NCBI GenBank assembly: GCA_963804995.1
Contig: CAWDSK010000003.1
Span: 1,024,001 to 1,088,000, forward strand
Source of the DNA: an uncultured Acidobacteriota bacterium
Lineage (GTDB): Bacteria; Acidobacteriota; Terriglobia; UBA7540
DNA: 64,000 nucleotides
Reading direction: 5' to 3'
The position numbers and the translations under genes are program-made. Position 1 is the stretch's first letter. Each line of letters begins with the position of its first letter. This document shows positions 20,624 to 31,351 of the stretch, one piece after another. The notes under the pieces are model-generated. The model was given only the letters and a program-made list of their open reading frames with translations. It was not told where the DNA came from and did no database searches.

Positions 20624-21891
20624 GCTTCACCGAGCGGCTGGCGGAAATTCGTACGGGATTCAAGCCCGCCTTCTGGGTGGCGAATTTCACGGAACTTTTC
20701 GAACGCCTCGCTTACTACGGCGCGAGCGCGGTGCTGGCCATTTACCTCACCGAGCAACTGCATTTTTCGAAAGAAGTCACCGGCTGGATGATGGGGACTT
20801 TCGGATTTGTGGTCTGGTTGCTGCCGGTGTTGGGGGGGACGCTCGCTGACCGCTTCGGCTTTCGCCGCGCGCTGATGTTCGCGTATCTGGTGATGACCAT
20901 CGGCTACTTTCTGCTGGGATCACTTTCCGCCCCGTGGATGCAGGGGGCGCGCCAAGCCCTCGGCGACAAGTGGCTGGTCTTTGTCATCCTGATGGTTCCA
21001 GCGCTGGGGCCCGCGGTGGTCAAACCCTGCGTGGCAGGAACGACGGCGCGCGCTTCGGCGGAGAACGTCCGCTCCATCGGCTATTCCATTTATTACACGA
21101 TCGTCAATATCGGCGGCACGCTCGGCCCGGTAATGGCCTGGCTGGTACGCAAGCAACTGGGTTGGGGCATGGAAAATGTCTTTCGCGTTTCCGCCCTTAG
21201 CGTTTTCCTGATGTTCCTTGTCACCCTGGGCTTCTTTCACGATCCGGATCATTCCGGCGAACAGAGGGTGGCGAGCGTTGCGGTCGCCATCCGCAACATG
21301 TTCGTAGTTCTCGGCAATTTCCGCTTTGTTCTATTCCTGCTCATCTTTTCGAGTTTTTATATCGTCTTCTGGCAGGAATTCATTTCTGCGCCATTGTTCT
21401 TGCGGGGCTACGTGGACCCGAACGCCAATGCCGATCTGCTGCTTTCGATCGATGCGCTCACGGTGATCTGCTTCCAAATACTGGTGAGCTATCTGACCCG
21501 CAAGATTCCGACTTTTCCTGCGATGACCTTGGGTCTGCTCATTTCGAGTCTGTCCTGGTTAATCCTGGCCATCCATCCGTCAACCCTGGGACTGGGAGCG
21601 GCACTAGTGGTGTTGGCGCTTGGTGAAATCACCCAATCGGCGCGCTACTACGAATACATCTCGCGGCTCGCGCCTTCGGGCCAGCAGGGGCTCTATATGG
21701 GCTACGCATTCCTCCCCATTGCCATCGGGTATTTTATCGCCGGACCGCTGGGCGGATACCTTCTGCATGAGTTCGGCGACGTCCTGCACCGGCCGCAGCA
21801 AATGTGGTGGGTGGTCACGGCGGTGGGACTGGTGGGCGCCGTGATGATGGTGATCTATGACCGGGTCTTCAAACTTGGCGAAAAGACATGA
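20620..21891 (+). CDS. MFS transporter (POT/peptide transporter-like)
   Basis: ELFERLAYYG (ExxERxxYY), GGTLADRFG, YYTIVNIGG; about 12 TM helices. Confidence 0.9.
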   Translation: MSFTERLAEIRTGFKPAFWVANFTELFERLAYYGASAVLAIYLTEQLHFSKEVTGWMMGTFGFVVWLLPVLGGTLADRFGFRRALMFAYLVMTIGYFLLGSLSAPWMQGARQALGDKWLVFVILMVPALGPAVVKPCVAGTTARASAENVRSIGYSIYYTIVNIGGTLGPVMAWLVRKQLGWGMENVFRVSALSVFLMFLVTLGFFHDPDHSGEQRVASVAVAIRNMFVVLGNFRFVLFLLIFSSFYIVFWQEFISAPLFLRGYVDPNANADLLLSIDALTVICFQILVSYLTRKIPTFPAMTLGLLISSLSWLILAIHPSTLGLGAALVVLALGEITQSARYYEYISRLAPSGQQGLYMGYAFLPIAIGYFIAGPLGGYLLHEFGDVLHRPQQMWWVVTAVGLVGAVMMVIYDRVFKLGEKT

Positions 21892-21949
21892 TCATTGTTG
21901 GTGAAGCACATCTGCGCATGCTGGGTGATTTTCAGAGAGGGAACATCAG

Positions 21950-24491
21950 TTGAGAATTCGACCCCTTGCACTTTTTCTTGGCGTGATGATTCTGGGGATG
22001 GCGCGCGCTGCATCCGGGCAGAGCAGCGGCAACCTGGCCGATTGGACGATCTACGTAACGAACGACACGTGTCCTGATTACACGTGGGGATTCTCTGAGG
22101 ACGTGACGCGGAGAAGCTTTGCCGATCTGGTGCGGGCGCATCTGGATGAAATGCAGCGCACCGACGGCGAGCGCGTCGAGAACCGTGACCACTACAACAT
22201 GGCGGTGACGCAGGAGGCACTGTGCTTCCTCAAGGTACCCGGAGCGGCGCGATGAACTGGTTCGGCGCATTCACGAGGGCAGGGTGTTCGTCAGCCCCTT
22301 CCTCAATAACTCACTCTGGGGCTTCCAGAGTGTCGAAGGAATGATCCGCACGCTATATCCTGCCCGCCGCCTGGAACGAGGCTGGGGCATGCCTATGACG
22401 GTGGCCCATCACATTGAACTGCCCTCCTTGCCCTGGGGTGTCGCATCAATTCTCGCCGGCTGCGGAGTGCGCTGGCTGCTGGTGCCGTTCTACGATTTTG
22501 ACTCGACGTTTGCAAGTCTGGACAATCCACCGCTCTTTGCCTACGAAGGGCCGGACGGGGCACGACTGCGGGTCATCATGGACCCGTGGGCCTCAGGAAA
22601 ATGGAGCTATGCGCAAGGCGCCGCGGTGCTCGGCAATCCCGAACTGATTTCCCGACAGTGGCTGCCCCATTATGCAGGTTTGGGTGACAAGTACCCTTTA
22701 AAGGCGGTACTGGCCAGCGGCACGCACAGCGATTACTCGCCCCGGAGCGCGTCGCAGGCGCCGGGATTCGCCGACGCAATCATCCATTACAACGCGAGAC
22801 CGGGGCCGCATCCCCGACTGGTGAACGCCATTCTCCCCCAATTCACGGAACAGGTTGACCAGGAGGAAGCACACCGGCCCTTCTTGAGAGTCCTGCGCGG
22901 TTCGTTTGGAAATTCGTGGGAGTCGTGGCCGGTCAGCCTGGCGAAGTACGCAGCCGCCATGCGTGAGGGCGAGCGACGTTTCCTGGCGGCGGAAGCGTTG
23001 ATGGCCCTGGCAGGGTGGCGAAACCCTTCGGCGGTAGACTCCAGTCGCCCCGACCGCGAACGCGCTGAATGGGATTTGGCAATGCTCGGCGATCACGCTT
23101 GGAACGGCGCGGACGAAACCAACAAGCAAGTGAATGCGGCTCTGCGGCGGAAGTGGTCGGAAGAGTTGTTGTCAATTGACCAGCGGCTGGCCCGCCAGGC
23201 ATGGGCCGGAATTGGGCTCAAGGAGCACTCGGATTCATTAATCGTATTCAACAGTCTGAGTTTCCCGCGCACGGGCCTGGTTTGCGTGGAGCCGGCGCCG
23301 GGCGTGACCGGCGTAGCGACCGAAACGTCGGGGCTGAATGCCCAGTGGGTCGATGAAAACGGCCGGCACGTGTTGTGCTTTGTATCGCCCAGGGTGGAGG
23401 GGTTTGGATTCAAGCGCCTGCTCATGACGCGAAGTTCGACCACACCCGCGAGGGCGGAGAACCGCCTTCGCGCGACTGACCGCGAATTGGAAAGCCCTTA
23501 CTACAGTCTAACGGTTGACCCGGCAACGGGCGGAATCTCGAATCTGGTGTGGAAGGCCACCGGCAGGCAGCTCCTCAAGAGTAGCCAGGGACGGACGGTT
23601 GGGCAAACCCTCTTTTTTGACGGGCAAGACCATCCGCTCGAAGATGTGAAGTCGGAGGTTGTCTCTACCGGGCCGGTGCTGGCGCGGTTGAAGATTGTGG
23701 GGCGAACCGCCGGCATTGATCTTACGACCTTTGTGACGGTCTATGCTGATCTCGATCAGGTTGATTTTGATATGCGTGTAAAGAAGCCCCTCTCGTCACA
23801 AGAACAGCGGCTGACGCACATTTTTCCCGTAATACCATCGGGGGCAATGCTGCGAATTGAAACCACTGGGGCGGTGGTTCGGCCGCAAATGCAACCCGCG
23901 GGGGATATGTTGCCAGGCTCGGACTTGCGGCGCTTGGTGGTGCAGGGGTTCGTCGATGCTTCTCTCGCGGGGGGTGAGGGAGTTACCCTGGCCCCCCTCG
24001 ATTCCTTCCTCCTGCGCGCCGACCTGGATGCTGTGACTTTTGAAGCCCTGGGCAACGATCAGGACTACAAAGAGGTGATCAGGGACCAGGCTGGAGAGAC
24101 GGAGTTCCGCTTTCGTTACAGCCTGCGAGCCCACCGGGGGGGTTACCAAAGCGCGGGCGCATTTGCCTGGAGCCGGAGTGCGGCTACTTCCTTGTTAACA
24201 GCTTGGGGTGAGTTATCGCGAAACTCCTTGCCCCGGCTGGTGGTAGATCAAGCCCGTGCCATCGCCACTGCTTTCAAGCCTGCGGACGAGGGGTCAGCAC
24301 GCGGGGTAATCGTTCGCCTGTGGGAGACGGGAGGAACTTTCGGACCGCTTCGGCTGGGCACAGGGGGGTTCCGGCGATCGTATCGCTGTGACCTGCTGGA
24401 ACGTGACCTGGGGGAATTGAGAATGGACGAGGGGGAAGTGGCGGTGCCGCTCGAAGCCAACGGTTTTGGATCAGTTCGGCTGGTTCGGTAA
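21950..24491 (+). CDS. Secreted GH38/alpha-mannosidase-like glycoside hydrolase (frameshift near 22235)
   Basis: Signal peptide; DYTWG, DHAWNG, IVFNSLSFPR, LESPYYSLTVDPATGGI, AFKPADE...IVRLWE GH38-like architecture. Confidence 0.7.
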
Positions 24492-24538
24492 CTCCCCAGA
24501 CGCGGTTACGCCCCCGGAGGGGGCGGGAAGGAAAACCT

Positions 24539-25720
24539 ATGGATCTTGAAGCAATTCAAGCTGCGTTGCGCGAAGCGAACCTGGATGGTTGGCTTTTCTA
24601 CGACCATCACCATCGTGATCCCATCGCCTATCGCGTGCTCAAGATTAACCCGGTGATGTGTACGCGCCGCTGGTATTACTTGATTCCCAAGCAGGGTGAG
24701 CCAGCGAAGCTGGTGCACCGTATCGAGTCACAAACCCTGGCGGGCTTGCCGGGCACCGAGGAGCGGTATTCCTCCTGGCGCGAGCAACGGGAGGGCCTGG
24801 GAAAGATGCTCGCGGGAAAACCTCGCATTGCAATGCAGTATTCCCCGCTCAATAACATCCCTTACGTGGGCCTGGTGGACGCCGGGACTGTGGAGCTGGT
24901 CAGAAGCTGCGGTGTTGACCTGGTCTCTTCCGCAGACCTCGTGCAGCAGTTCGAGGCGCGCTGGACAGAGGAACAGTTTCAGTCACACCTCGCGGCCGGT
25001 CAGGTGGTGCATGAGGCCGTCAGCGTGGCCTTCGCGACGATCCGCCAGGCTGTACGAGAAGGCAAGACGATTGGCGAATACGACGTGCAGCAGGAAATGA
25101 TGCGGCTGTTTGAGGCGCGGGGCGTCATCACGGACGAAGCTCCCAACGTGTCGGTTAATGCCAACACCGGCGACCCGCACTATTCACCTTCGCGCGAGAG
25201 CTCACAGCCTATTGCTGCCCGTGACTTTGTCCTGGTAGACGTTTGGGGCAAGCAGAACAAACCGGGCGCCGTCTACTTCGACATCACCTGGACGGGTTAC
25301 GTCGGTGAAGTTGTACCGCACAAATATGCGAAGATATTTGAAATCGTCCGCGAGGCGCGTGACGCAGCTATCAAGCTGGTCGAGAAGTCCATGCGTGCTG
25401 GTAAGCCCTTGCACGGCTATGAGGTCGATGACGTGGCGCGTGAGGCCATCACGGGAAGAGGGTATGGCGCTTTTTTTGTGCATCGCACCGGCCACTCGAT
25501 TGGTGAAGAGGTGCACGGCAACGGCGCCAACCTGGACAATCTTGAAACGCGCGACGAACGGCGGATCATCCCCGGAACCTGCTTTTCGGTTGAACCGGGC
25601 ATTTACCTGCATGATTTCGGTGTGCGCAGCGAAGTGAACATGTTTGTGGAAGAACGGGACGCGCGCGTGACCGGAGAAATCCAGCAGGCGATCGTGCCCA
25701 TCCTTGCTGCGCAACCCTGA
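24539..25720 (+). CDS. M24 family Xaa-Pro aminopeptidase
   Basis: PHY, LVDVW...DITWT, HRTGHSIG...VHG, FSVEPGIY...GVRSE. Confidence 0.93.
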   Translation: MDLEAIQAALREANLDGWLFYDHHHRDPIAYRVLKINPVMCTRRWYYLIPKQGEPAKLVHRIESQTLAGLPGTEERYSSWREQREGLGKMLAGKPRIAMQYSPLNNIPYVGLVDAGTVELVRSCGVDLVSSADLVQQFEARWTEEQFQSHLAAGQVVHEAVSVAFATIRQAVREGKTIGEYDVQQEMMRLFEARGVITDEAPNVSVNANTGDPHYSPSRESSQPIAARDFVLVDVWGKQNKPGAVYFDITWTGYVGEVVPHKYAKIFEIVREARDAAIKLVEKSMRAGKPLHGYEVDDVAREAITGRGYGAFFVHRTGHSIGEEVHGNGANLDNLETRDERRIIPGTCFSVEPGIYLHDFGVRSEVNMFVEERDARVTGEIQQAIVPILAAQP

Positions 25721-25864
25721 GGTGTGTTAGCTTTTAGGGTTCCGCTTTGAGCGATGGCCTGCCTATTGTATCCAGCTTGGCGCCCTGCTTAACCGAGCGG
25801 AATCCATTATTACCCGATACTTCTATGTGAGGACGGCGGTGGCCGATCCTCCGATTTCAGCCTC

Positions 25865-26281
25865 ATGGCGAACAAAGCCGTTCAGGAAGCCGCAGCCGTC
25901 AAGGCCCAGCCTAAGCTAAGTGACTTGGTGCGATTGTGCGTGGCAGCGTGGCTGGTGCCCGGGCTAGGGCATTTCTTACTCGGCCGCAGGTGGCGGGCAC
26001 TGATCTTGTTTGCGTCGATTGTGGTGATGTTTCTAATGGGCATCGTCATGCAGGGTGAATTCTTCGCCACCGGCTCGGGATCGTATCTGCAGACATTAGG
26101 TTACTTCGGCGAGTTGTGCGTGGGCATTGCGATGCCCGCGGCGCGCTTTTTCGGGTATGCGGGGGGCGACCCGCTCTTCGTGAGCGCGGATTACGGAACG
26201 GCTTATTTGGTGGCAGCAGGAATGCTGAACGTGTTGGCGATTTTCGACGTATACGATATCGCCATGGGCAGAAAACCCTAG
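25865..26281 (+). CDS. Membrane protein (DUF6677-like)
   Basis: AWLVPGLGH, DYGTAYLVAAGMLNVLAIFD. Confidence 0.8.
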   Translation: MANKAVQEAAAVKAQPKLSDLVRLCVAAWLVPGLGHFLLGRRWRALILFASIVVMFLMGIVMQGEFFATGSGSYLQTLGYFGELCVGIAMPAARFFGYAGGDPLFVSADYGTAYLVAAGMLNVLAIFDVYDIAMGRKP

Positions 26282-26391
26282 GGAAATTAATGAGTAAGCA
26301 AAAGACGAAACCCGAAACTAGTCGCGATTTTCGAGCTTCGATTTTCGAATTTCGGCCCTTGCTGTGTTGTAACTAGTCACAAGGTTCTAAA

Positions 26392-26565
26392 ATGGCTGTT
26401 CCGCATATTGTCGCAATGGTTCTGTTCTCCTTCCTGGTCTCCGTCGTGTTCGGAGTCCTTAGCAAAAATACGCCGCGCGAACGGTTGGTGTACGGCGCCA
26501 AAGTTTTTGCCGCTTTTGTGGGCATCGCACTGGTGCTAGGCTGGGTGATGTATCCCGTACCCTGA
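26392..26565 (+). CDS. Small 57-aa two-TM membrane protein
   Basis: Below the ORF-track cutoff: MAVPHIVAMVLFSFLVSVVFGVLSKNTPRERLVYGAKVFAAFVGIALVLGWVMYPVP*. Confidence 0.75.
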   Translation: MAVPHIVAMVLFSFLVSVVFGVLSKNTPRERLVYGAKVFAAFVGIALVLGWVMYPVP

Positions 26566-26716
26566 TCGCTAAGGACAAAGTTTCCAGCCCCGTGTCGCCT
26601 GCCTTGACTTCCCTGCGGTCCAGCCTTAGAGTAACCCTCACTTGCAAGCATAATCGTCCGCACAGCGACGGTCCCTCCCAAGGTGGAGCCACTTTTCTGG
26701 TGCGGAGGCTAACGAC

Positions 26717-27259
26717 ATGATTCTCTTGGCAGACACATCAGCGTTCGTCACCTTCCTGGCCATTGCCGCCTTTGGTTTCGTCTTCCTGATCGCCAGCTCG
26801 ATAATGGGCGACCTGTTCGAGCACGGTGACTTCAGCCACGACACGGATGGGCACGGCGCGGGGCCCAGCATCCTGAGCAGCCGCATCCTAAGTGTGTTCG
26901 TGACCGCGTTCGGCGCCTTTGGCGCCATCGGGATTCACCTGGGTTATGGGGTGGGTGTGAGCACTGCGATGGGCTTTGGAGGTGGGATACTGTTTGCGGG
27001 TGTAATCTACGCTTTTGCCAGCTTTCTCTATAGTCAACAAGCCACGAGCCATGTCCGGACAGGCGATCTAGCGGGGCATACAGCGCAGGTGAGCGTGGCG
27101 ATTCCCAAAGGTGGAATGGGCCAGGTGCGCTGCACCCTGGGCGATACGGTGGTGGAAAAGGTCGCCCGCGCCGCGAACAACGAGGAGATTCCCGTCAACA
27201 CTCTGGTCAAAATTAACGTCATCGCCGGGGAGGTCGTGTTAGTGGAGCGCATGGAGTAG
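26717..27259 (+). CDS. NfeD-like membrane protein
   Basis: Three TM helices plus C-terminal OB domain (LAGHTAQVSVAIPKGGMGQV); upstream of flotillin. Confidence 0.85.
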   Translation: MILLADTSAFVTFLAIAAFGFVFLIASSIMGDLFEHGDFSHDTDGHGAGPSILSSRILSVFVTAFGAFGAIGIHLGYGVGVSTAMGFGGGILFAGVIYAFASFLYSQQATSHVRTGDLAGHTAQVSVAIPKGGMGQVRCTLGDTVVEKVARAANNEEIPVNTLVKINVIAGEVVLVERME

Positions 27260-27409
27260 CAGAAGAGTGAACGCTGTCGTGTGAAAAGTTTCGAGCAACC
27301 GAAAGATGAAAATCGAAACTCGCCGCGATTCCTGAGCTTCGATTTTTGAATTTCGGTCCCAGTTGGCTCGTTACTTGTCACTCGTCAATCTTGAGTTTCC
27401 CCCGGGAGG

Positions 27410-28990
27410 ATGATCATGCCCTTCTCACCCTTCGTCATTGGCCTGGCGGCCATTGCCGCCATCGCACTGCTCGTCGCAATTTCACGATTCGCCCGTAACT
27501 ACATCAAGGTACCGCCGAATGCGGTGGCGATTTTCAGCGGGCGCAAACACAAGTTGCCCGACGGCCGCATCGTGGGCTATCGCATGGTGCGGGGAGGCGC
27601 GGCGTTTCGTTGGCCGTTGCTCGAGCAGGTGGATTACCTGTCGCTTAACGTCTTCACGATTCCCCTGGAAATCAAGCGCGCCTATACGCTCAAAGGCGTG
27701 CCAATTTCCGTGAAGGCCGTGGCCAACGTGAAGATCAAGGGCGATGACATGTCGCTCTCGGCGGCCGCGGAGCGCTTCCTGGGCATGACGCATGACACGA
27801 TTCAGAAGGTGATTTTCCAAACGCTGGAAGGCCACTTGCGGTCGATCCTCGGCACGCTGACAGTGGAAGAGGTAAACAGCGACCGCGCCAGCTTTGCCCA
27901 GAAACTGACTTCGGAGGCTGCGCTGGACCTGGAGCGCATGGGTATTGGCGTGGACGTCCTGACTATCCAGGACATCAGCGACGAAGAAGGCTATCTCGAC
28001 GCCCTGGGCAAGAAACGCACGGCGGAAGTGAAACGCGATGGGACCATCGGCGAGGCGGAGGCCACACGCGACGCAAAGATCAAATCCGCCGTGGCGATGC
28101 AGGAAGGCGAGAAGGCGAAGTTTGACGCCGACGCTAACATTTCGAACGCGCAGCGCGACTTTCAGGTAAGGCAGGCGCAGTACCAGGCCGAAATCGAAAT
28201 GGAAAAGGCCAAGTCCGCACAGGCCGGCCCCCTGGCGGAGGCGAAAGCAAAACAGGCAGTAGTAGCTGAAGAAGTGCGTGTGGAGCGCACCCGCACGCAG
28301 GAACAGATCGCGGTCCAGGAACAGGAAGTGCTGCGCAAGCAGAAGGAACTTGAAGCCACGGTCATCAAGGCGGCAGAGGCGGAACGGCAGGCGGCCATCG
28401 TGCGCGCGGAAGCCAAGAAGCAGGCGGCAATCCTGGAAGCGGAAGGCCAGAAGGCCGCGCAAATCGCCCTGGCGCAAGCTCAACAAGAAAAACTGAAGCA
28501 GGAAGGTATGGGACGCGCGGCGGCGGTGGAAGCGGAAGGCCGCGCCGAGGCAGCGAAGATCGAGGCCATGGGCCTGGCGCAAGCGCGCGCCATTGAAGCG
28601 CAAGGCGTGGCGGAGGCCCAGGCCATCTTGAAGAAGGCGGAGGCGTGGCGCCAATTCAACGACGCAGCCAAATTGCAAACCCTGCTCGAGAAGCTGCCCA
28701 GTGTGCTGCAAGCCTCGGCAGGGATTTTTGGCGCTGTGGCTGCGCCGCTCGGGAATATCGACAAGGTTGTTGTCATTGAGCAGGGCAATGGCACGACGGG
28801 CAATGGCACGAGTGGGATCGGACGCATCGCCCAAGCGGGGCCGGCGCTGGTGTTCGGCTTGCTGCAACAACTCCAAGCCCTGGGCCTGGATATTCCCACG
28901 GTGCTGGCGCAACTCGGGGTCGAAGGCGAGAAGCTGACGGGAAAGCCCACAGCAGTAACGAGCGAAGAAAGCACGGGGAGGAAGGCATAA
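27410..28990 (+). CDS. Flotillin/SPFH domain protein
   Basis: N-terminal TM; LEGHLRSILGTLTVEE; DEEGYLDALG; AEA-rich coiled coil. Confidence 0.95.
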   Translation: MIMPFSPFVIGLAAIAAIALLVAISRFARNYIKVPPNAVAIFSGRKHKLPDGRIVGYRMVRGGAAFRWPLLEQVDYLSLNVFTIPLEIKRAYTLKGVPISVKAVANVKIKGDDMSLSAAAERFLGMTHDTIQKVIFQTLEGHLRSILGTLTVEEVNSDRASFAQKLTSEAALDLERMGIGVDVLTIQDISDEEGYLDALGKKRTAEVKRDGTIGEAEATRDAKIKSAVAMQEGEKAKFDADANISNAQRDFQVRQAQYQAEIEMEKAKSAQAGPLAEAKAKQAVVAEEVRVERTRTQEQIAVQEQEVLRKQKELEATVIKAAEAERQAAIVRAEAKKQAAILEAEGQKAAQIALAQAQQEKLKQEGMGRAAAVEAEGRAEAAKIEAMGLAQARAIEAQGVAEAQAILKKAEAWRQFNDAAKLQTLLEKLPSVLQASAGIFGAVAAPLGNIDKVVVIEQGNGTTGNGTSGIGRIAQAGPALVFGLLQQLQALGLDIPTVLAQLGVEGEKLTGKPTAVTSEESTGRKA

Positions 28991-29106
28991 AACTAAGTCC
29001 CGGGTTCGGGGTCCAAAGCCGCGGGATGAGCTTCCTGGCTAATCTTCGGGAGCGGCTTCGATTCCCCCGCGTGGGGTGTGTCCGATAACCTGAAGAAGGA
29101 AATCGC

Positions 29107-29571
29107 ATGTCGAGTTCTCAACTCTCGTCATCACTGCACCGGGCGGATGCTGAAGTCCTTGCCATACATTGTAGTGACCATCGGTTCCAAGCAGGATTCC
29201 ACGAGTTCTTGAATCTCAAGCTGGGACTCGATGAGAACTACGATCTGCTGGTACTGCCCGGCGGGCCGCAATGCCTGACCCTCGTCGAATACCTGCCAAA
29301 GTTTTCCTGGGCGGGTTGGAAGTGGTTTCGGTACTTGGTAGAGGCGCACGACCTGAGGCGGCTGATCCTGATCCAGCACCAGGATTGCGGCTGGTACAAG
29401 GAACTGCCCTTTCACCTGCATTCTTCCACTGAGCCACGCCAGCGCCAGGAAGAAGACCTGAGGCGCGCCCGCGCGGCGCTTGCGAAAGAGCGGCCGGAGT
29501 TGAACGTGGAACTCTACTACGCCGGCTGGGACGCGAGCGAGCACATCACCATCGACCCGGTCTCCGGCTAA
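29107..29571 (+). CDS. Beta-carbonic-anhydrase-like protein
   Basis: CSDHR and HQDCG zinc-ligand motifs, LPGG. Confidence 0.75.
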   Translation: MSSSQLSSSLHRADAEVLAIHCSDHRFQAGFHEFLNLKLGLDENYDLLVLPGGPQCLTLVEYLPKFSWAGWKWFRYLVEAHDLRRLILIQHQDCGWYKELPFHLHSSTEPRQRQEEDLRRARAALAKERPELNVELYYAGWDASEHITIDPVSG

Positions 29572-29603
29572 GGCAATCCACTCCTCCAGCATTTCGTGTT
29601 AGG

Positions 29604-30626
29604 ATGCCAACCATGCGCAAATTCCTCCTGATTGCTTTCTTGACATTCCTCAGCGCGCCGCTGCGGGCGGCGGGCACACTCGATGTTTACTTTATTGACG
29701 TGGAGGGTGGGCAATCCACACTCTTCGTCGCCCCTTCTGGCAAATCGATGTTGGTAGATTCAGGCTGGCCGGACTTCAATGGTCGCGACGCGGAACGCAT
29801 CTCAACCGTCGCCAAGGCGGCGGGCATCACGCGCATCGACTATTTAGTGATCACCCATTTTCACGAGGATCATGTGGGAGGTGTGCCCCAACTTGCGGAA
29901 CGCATGCCGGTCGGGACGTATGTAGATCATGGAAAAAGCGTCGAGACGGGGAAAGAAGCCGAGGAGCTGTTCCGAGATTACGTACAGGTAAGAGACCACG
30001 CCTCCCATCTGATTGTCAGGGCTGGGGACCAGATTCCCATCGAGGGAATGGAAGTGCGGGTCGTCGAGTCAACCGGCCAGGGGATTCTCCGGCCGCTGCC
30101 GGGCGCAGGTCAAACCAATCCGCTCTGTGCGGACACGAAACGGCGGGCCATTGACCACTCTGAAAATGCCCAGTCGGTGGGCATGATTATCAGCTATGGC
30201 AAGTTTCGCATAGCTGACTTCGGAGACCTTACCTGGAACAAGGAACTGGATCTCGTCTGCCCGAATAACAAGTTGGGGAGGGTGGATGTCTACCTGAGCA
30301 CGCACCACGGGTTGAACGAATCGAACGCGCCGCCCATCGTGCAGGCGCTGCGGCCCCGGGTAGCCATTGTCAATAACGGCTCGACGAAAGGTGGGTCGCC
30401 GGAGGCCCTAAGAACTATCCGGACTTCCCCGGGCATCGAGGACGTGTGGCAGTTACATTACTCCCAGAACGCCAGCATAGCGGAGAATGCCCCCGAGCCT
30501 TTCATCGTGAATGTAGATCAGGACGCAAGCGTGAGCTGGATCAAGATCGCGGCTCAGCCCGATGGGCAATTCACTGTCACCAACAGCCGTAATGGAAAGA
30601 CGAAAACTTACGCGCCACGCCACTGA
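29604..30626 (+). CDS. Secreted ComEC/Rec2-like MBL-fold hydrolase
   Basis: FIDVEGGQSTL, THFHEDHVGG, GDLT, THHG. Confidence 0.9.
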   Translation: MPTMRKFLLIAFLTFLSAPLRAAGTLDVYFIDVEGGQSTLFVAPSGKSMLVDSGWPDFNGRDAERISTVAKAAGITRIDYLVITHFHEDHVGGVPQLAERMPVGTYVDHGKSVETGKEAEELFRDYVQVRDHASHLIVRAGDQIPIEGMEVRVVESTGQGILRPLPGAGQTNPLCADTKRRAIDHSENAQSVGMIISYGKFRIADFGDLTWNKELDLVCPNNKLGRVDVYLSTHHGLNESNAPPIVQALRPRVAIVNNGSTKGGSPEALRTIRTSPGIEDVWQLHYSQNASIAENAPEPFIVNVDQDASVSWIKIAAQPDGQFTVTNSRNGKTKTYAPRH

Positions 30627-30777
30627 TCGGGGTGGCGGCGGAGATGAACAGAGTGCGGAGTCTGGGGAATGAAGTGGAGCCAACAGTATAAGGACCTGGG
30701 AGATGCCATTTTCAAGGCTAAGACCGACGCATCAAATGTTGATCTGCTGTATGGCAGAGTTAACCTCACCCCCGTCA

Positions 30778-31284
30778 TCAAATTGTATCGTGGCAGGTTC
30801 GGCAGGTGGCGGGCGCCCCTTTTTCCTTGTGGCAGGTGATGCAGGCTGGCATCGAGGTGGGTTTCTCTTTGGTTAATACGTCGCGTTCGCGGACGGGGCC
30901 GTGGCAGACCTCGCAATCAAGTTTTGCCTTGTTGAGGTGAGTTCGGTGTGAGAAATAGACGTAGTCCGGCACCTTGTACACCTGCACCCACGGTACGGGC
31001 TTTTTCTGCGCAAAATACTCCGCGAGCTTTTGGATAGCGGGACTTTCTACTTTGATGGTTGCGTGGCACACCATGCATTTCTCTTCCTTCGGATAGCTCA
31101 TCGTCCAGCCGTCGGAAGCGAGTTGGTGGCAATCCAGACACTCCGGGAAAAATTGTGTATGCAGCTTGTGGCTGAAGGAAAGGGGTTGCGGCTTTGTGGC
31201 CGGCAATGGCGTCTTGTCCTCAGCGCACAGTGCACAGTTCCAAGTAAGTACAACCAGGGTAAGCGCGATGACGCCGGGGCCCAC
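30778..31284 (-). CDS. Pentaheme c-type cytochrome (c3/c7-like); start uncertain
   Basis: CLDCH, CMVCH, CEVCH, CITCH, CRTCH; QPLSFSHKLH and PDYVYFSHRTH motifs; signal-like segment. Confidence 0.88.
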   Translation of the reverse strand: MGPGVIALTLVVLTWNCALCAEDKTPLPATKPQPLSFSHKLHTQFFPECLDCHQLASDGWTMSYPKEEKCMVCHATIKVESPAIQKLAEYFAQKKPVPWVQVYKVPDYVYFSHRTHLNKAKLDCEVCHGPVRERDVLTKEKPTSMPACITCHKEKGAPATCRTCHDTI

Positions 31285-31351
31285 GGCAGATTCTCGCTGA
31301 TTGAGGAATGAGTTTATTCGGCGTACGCGCCTGACGGAGTTGCGCAGGCCT

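Noticed and set aside
27482..28912. 476-aa minus-strand ORF
   Set aside because: Antisense to flotillin.
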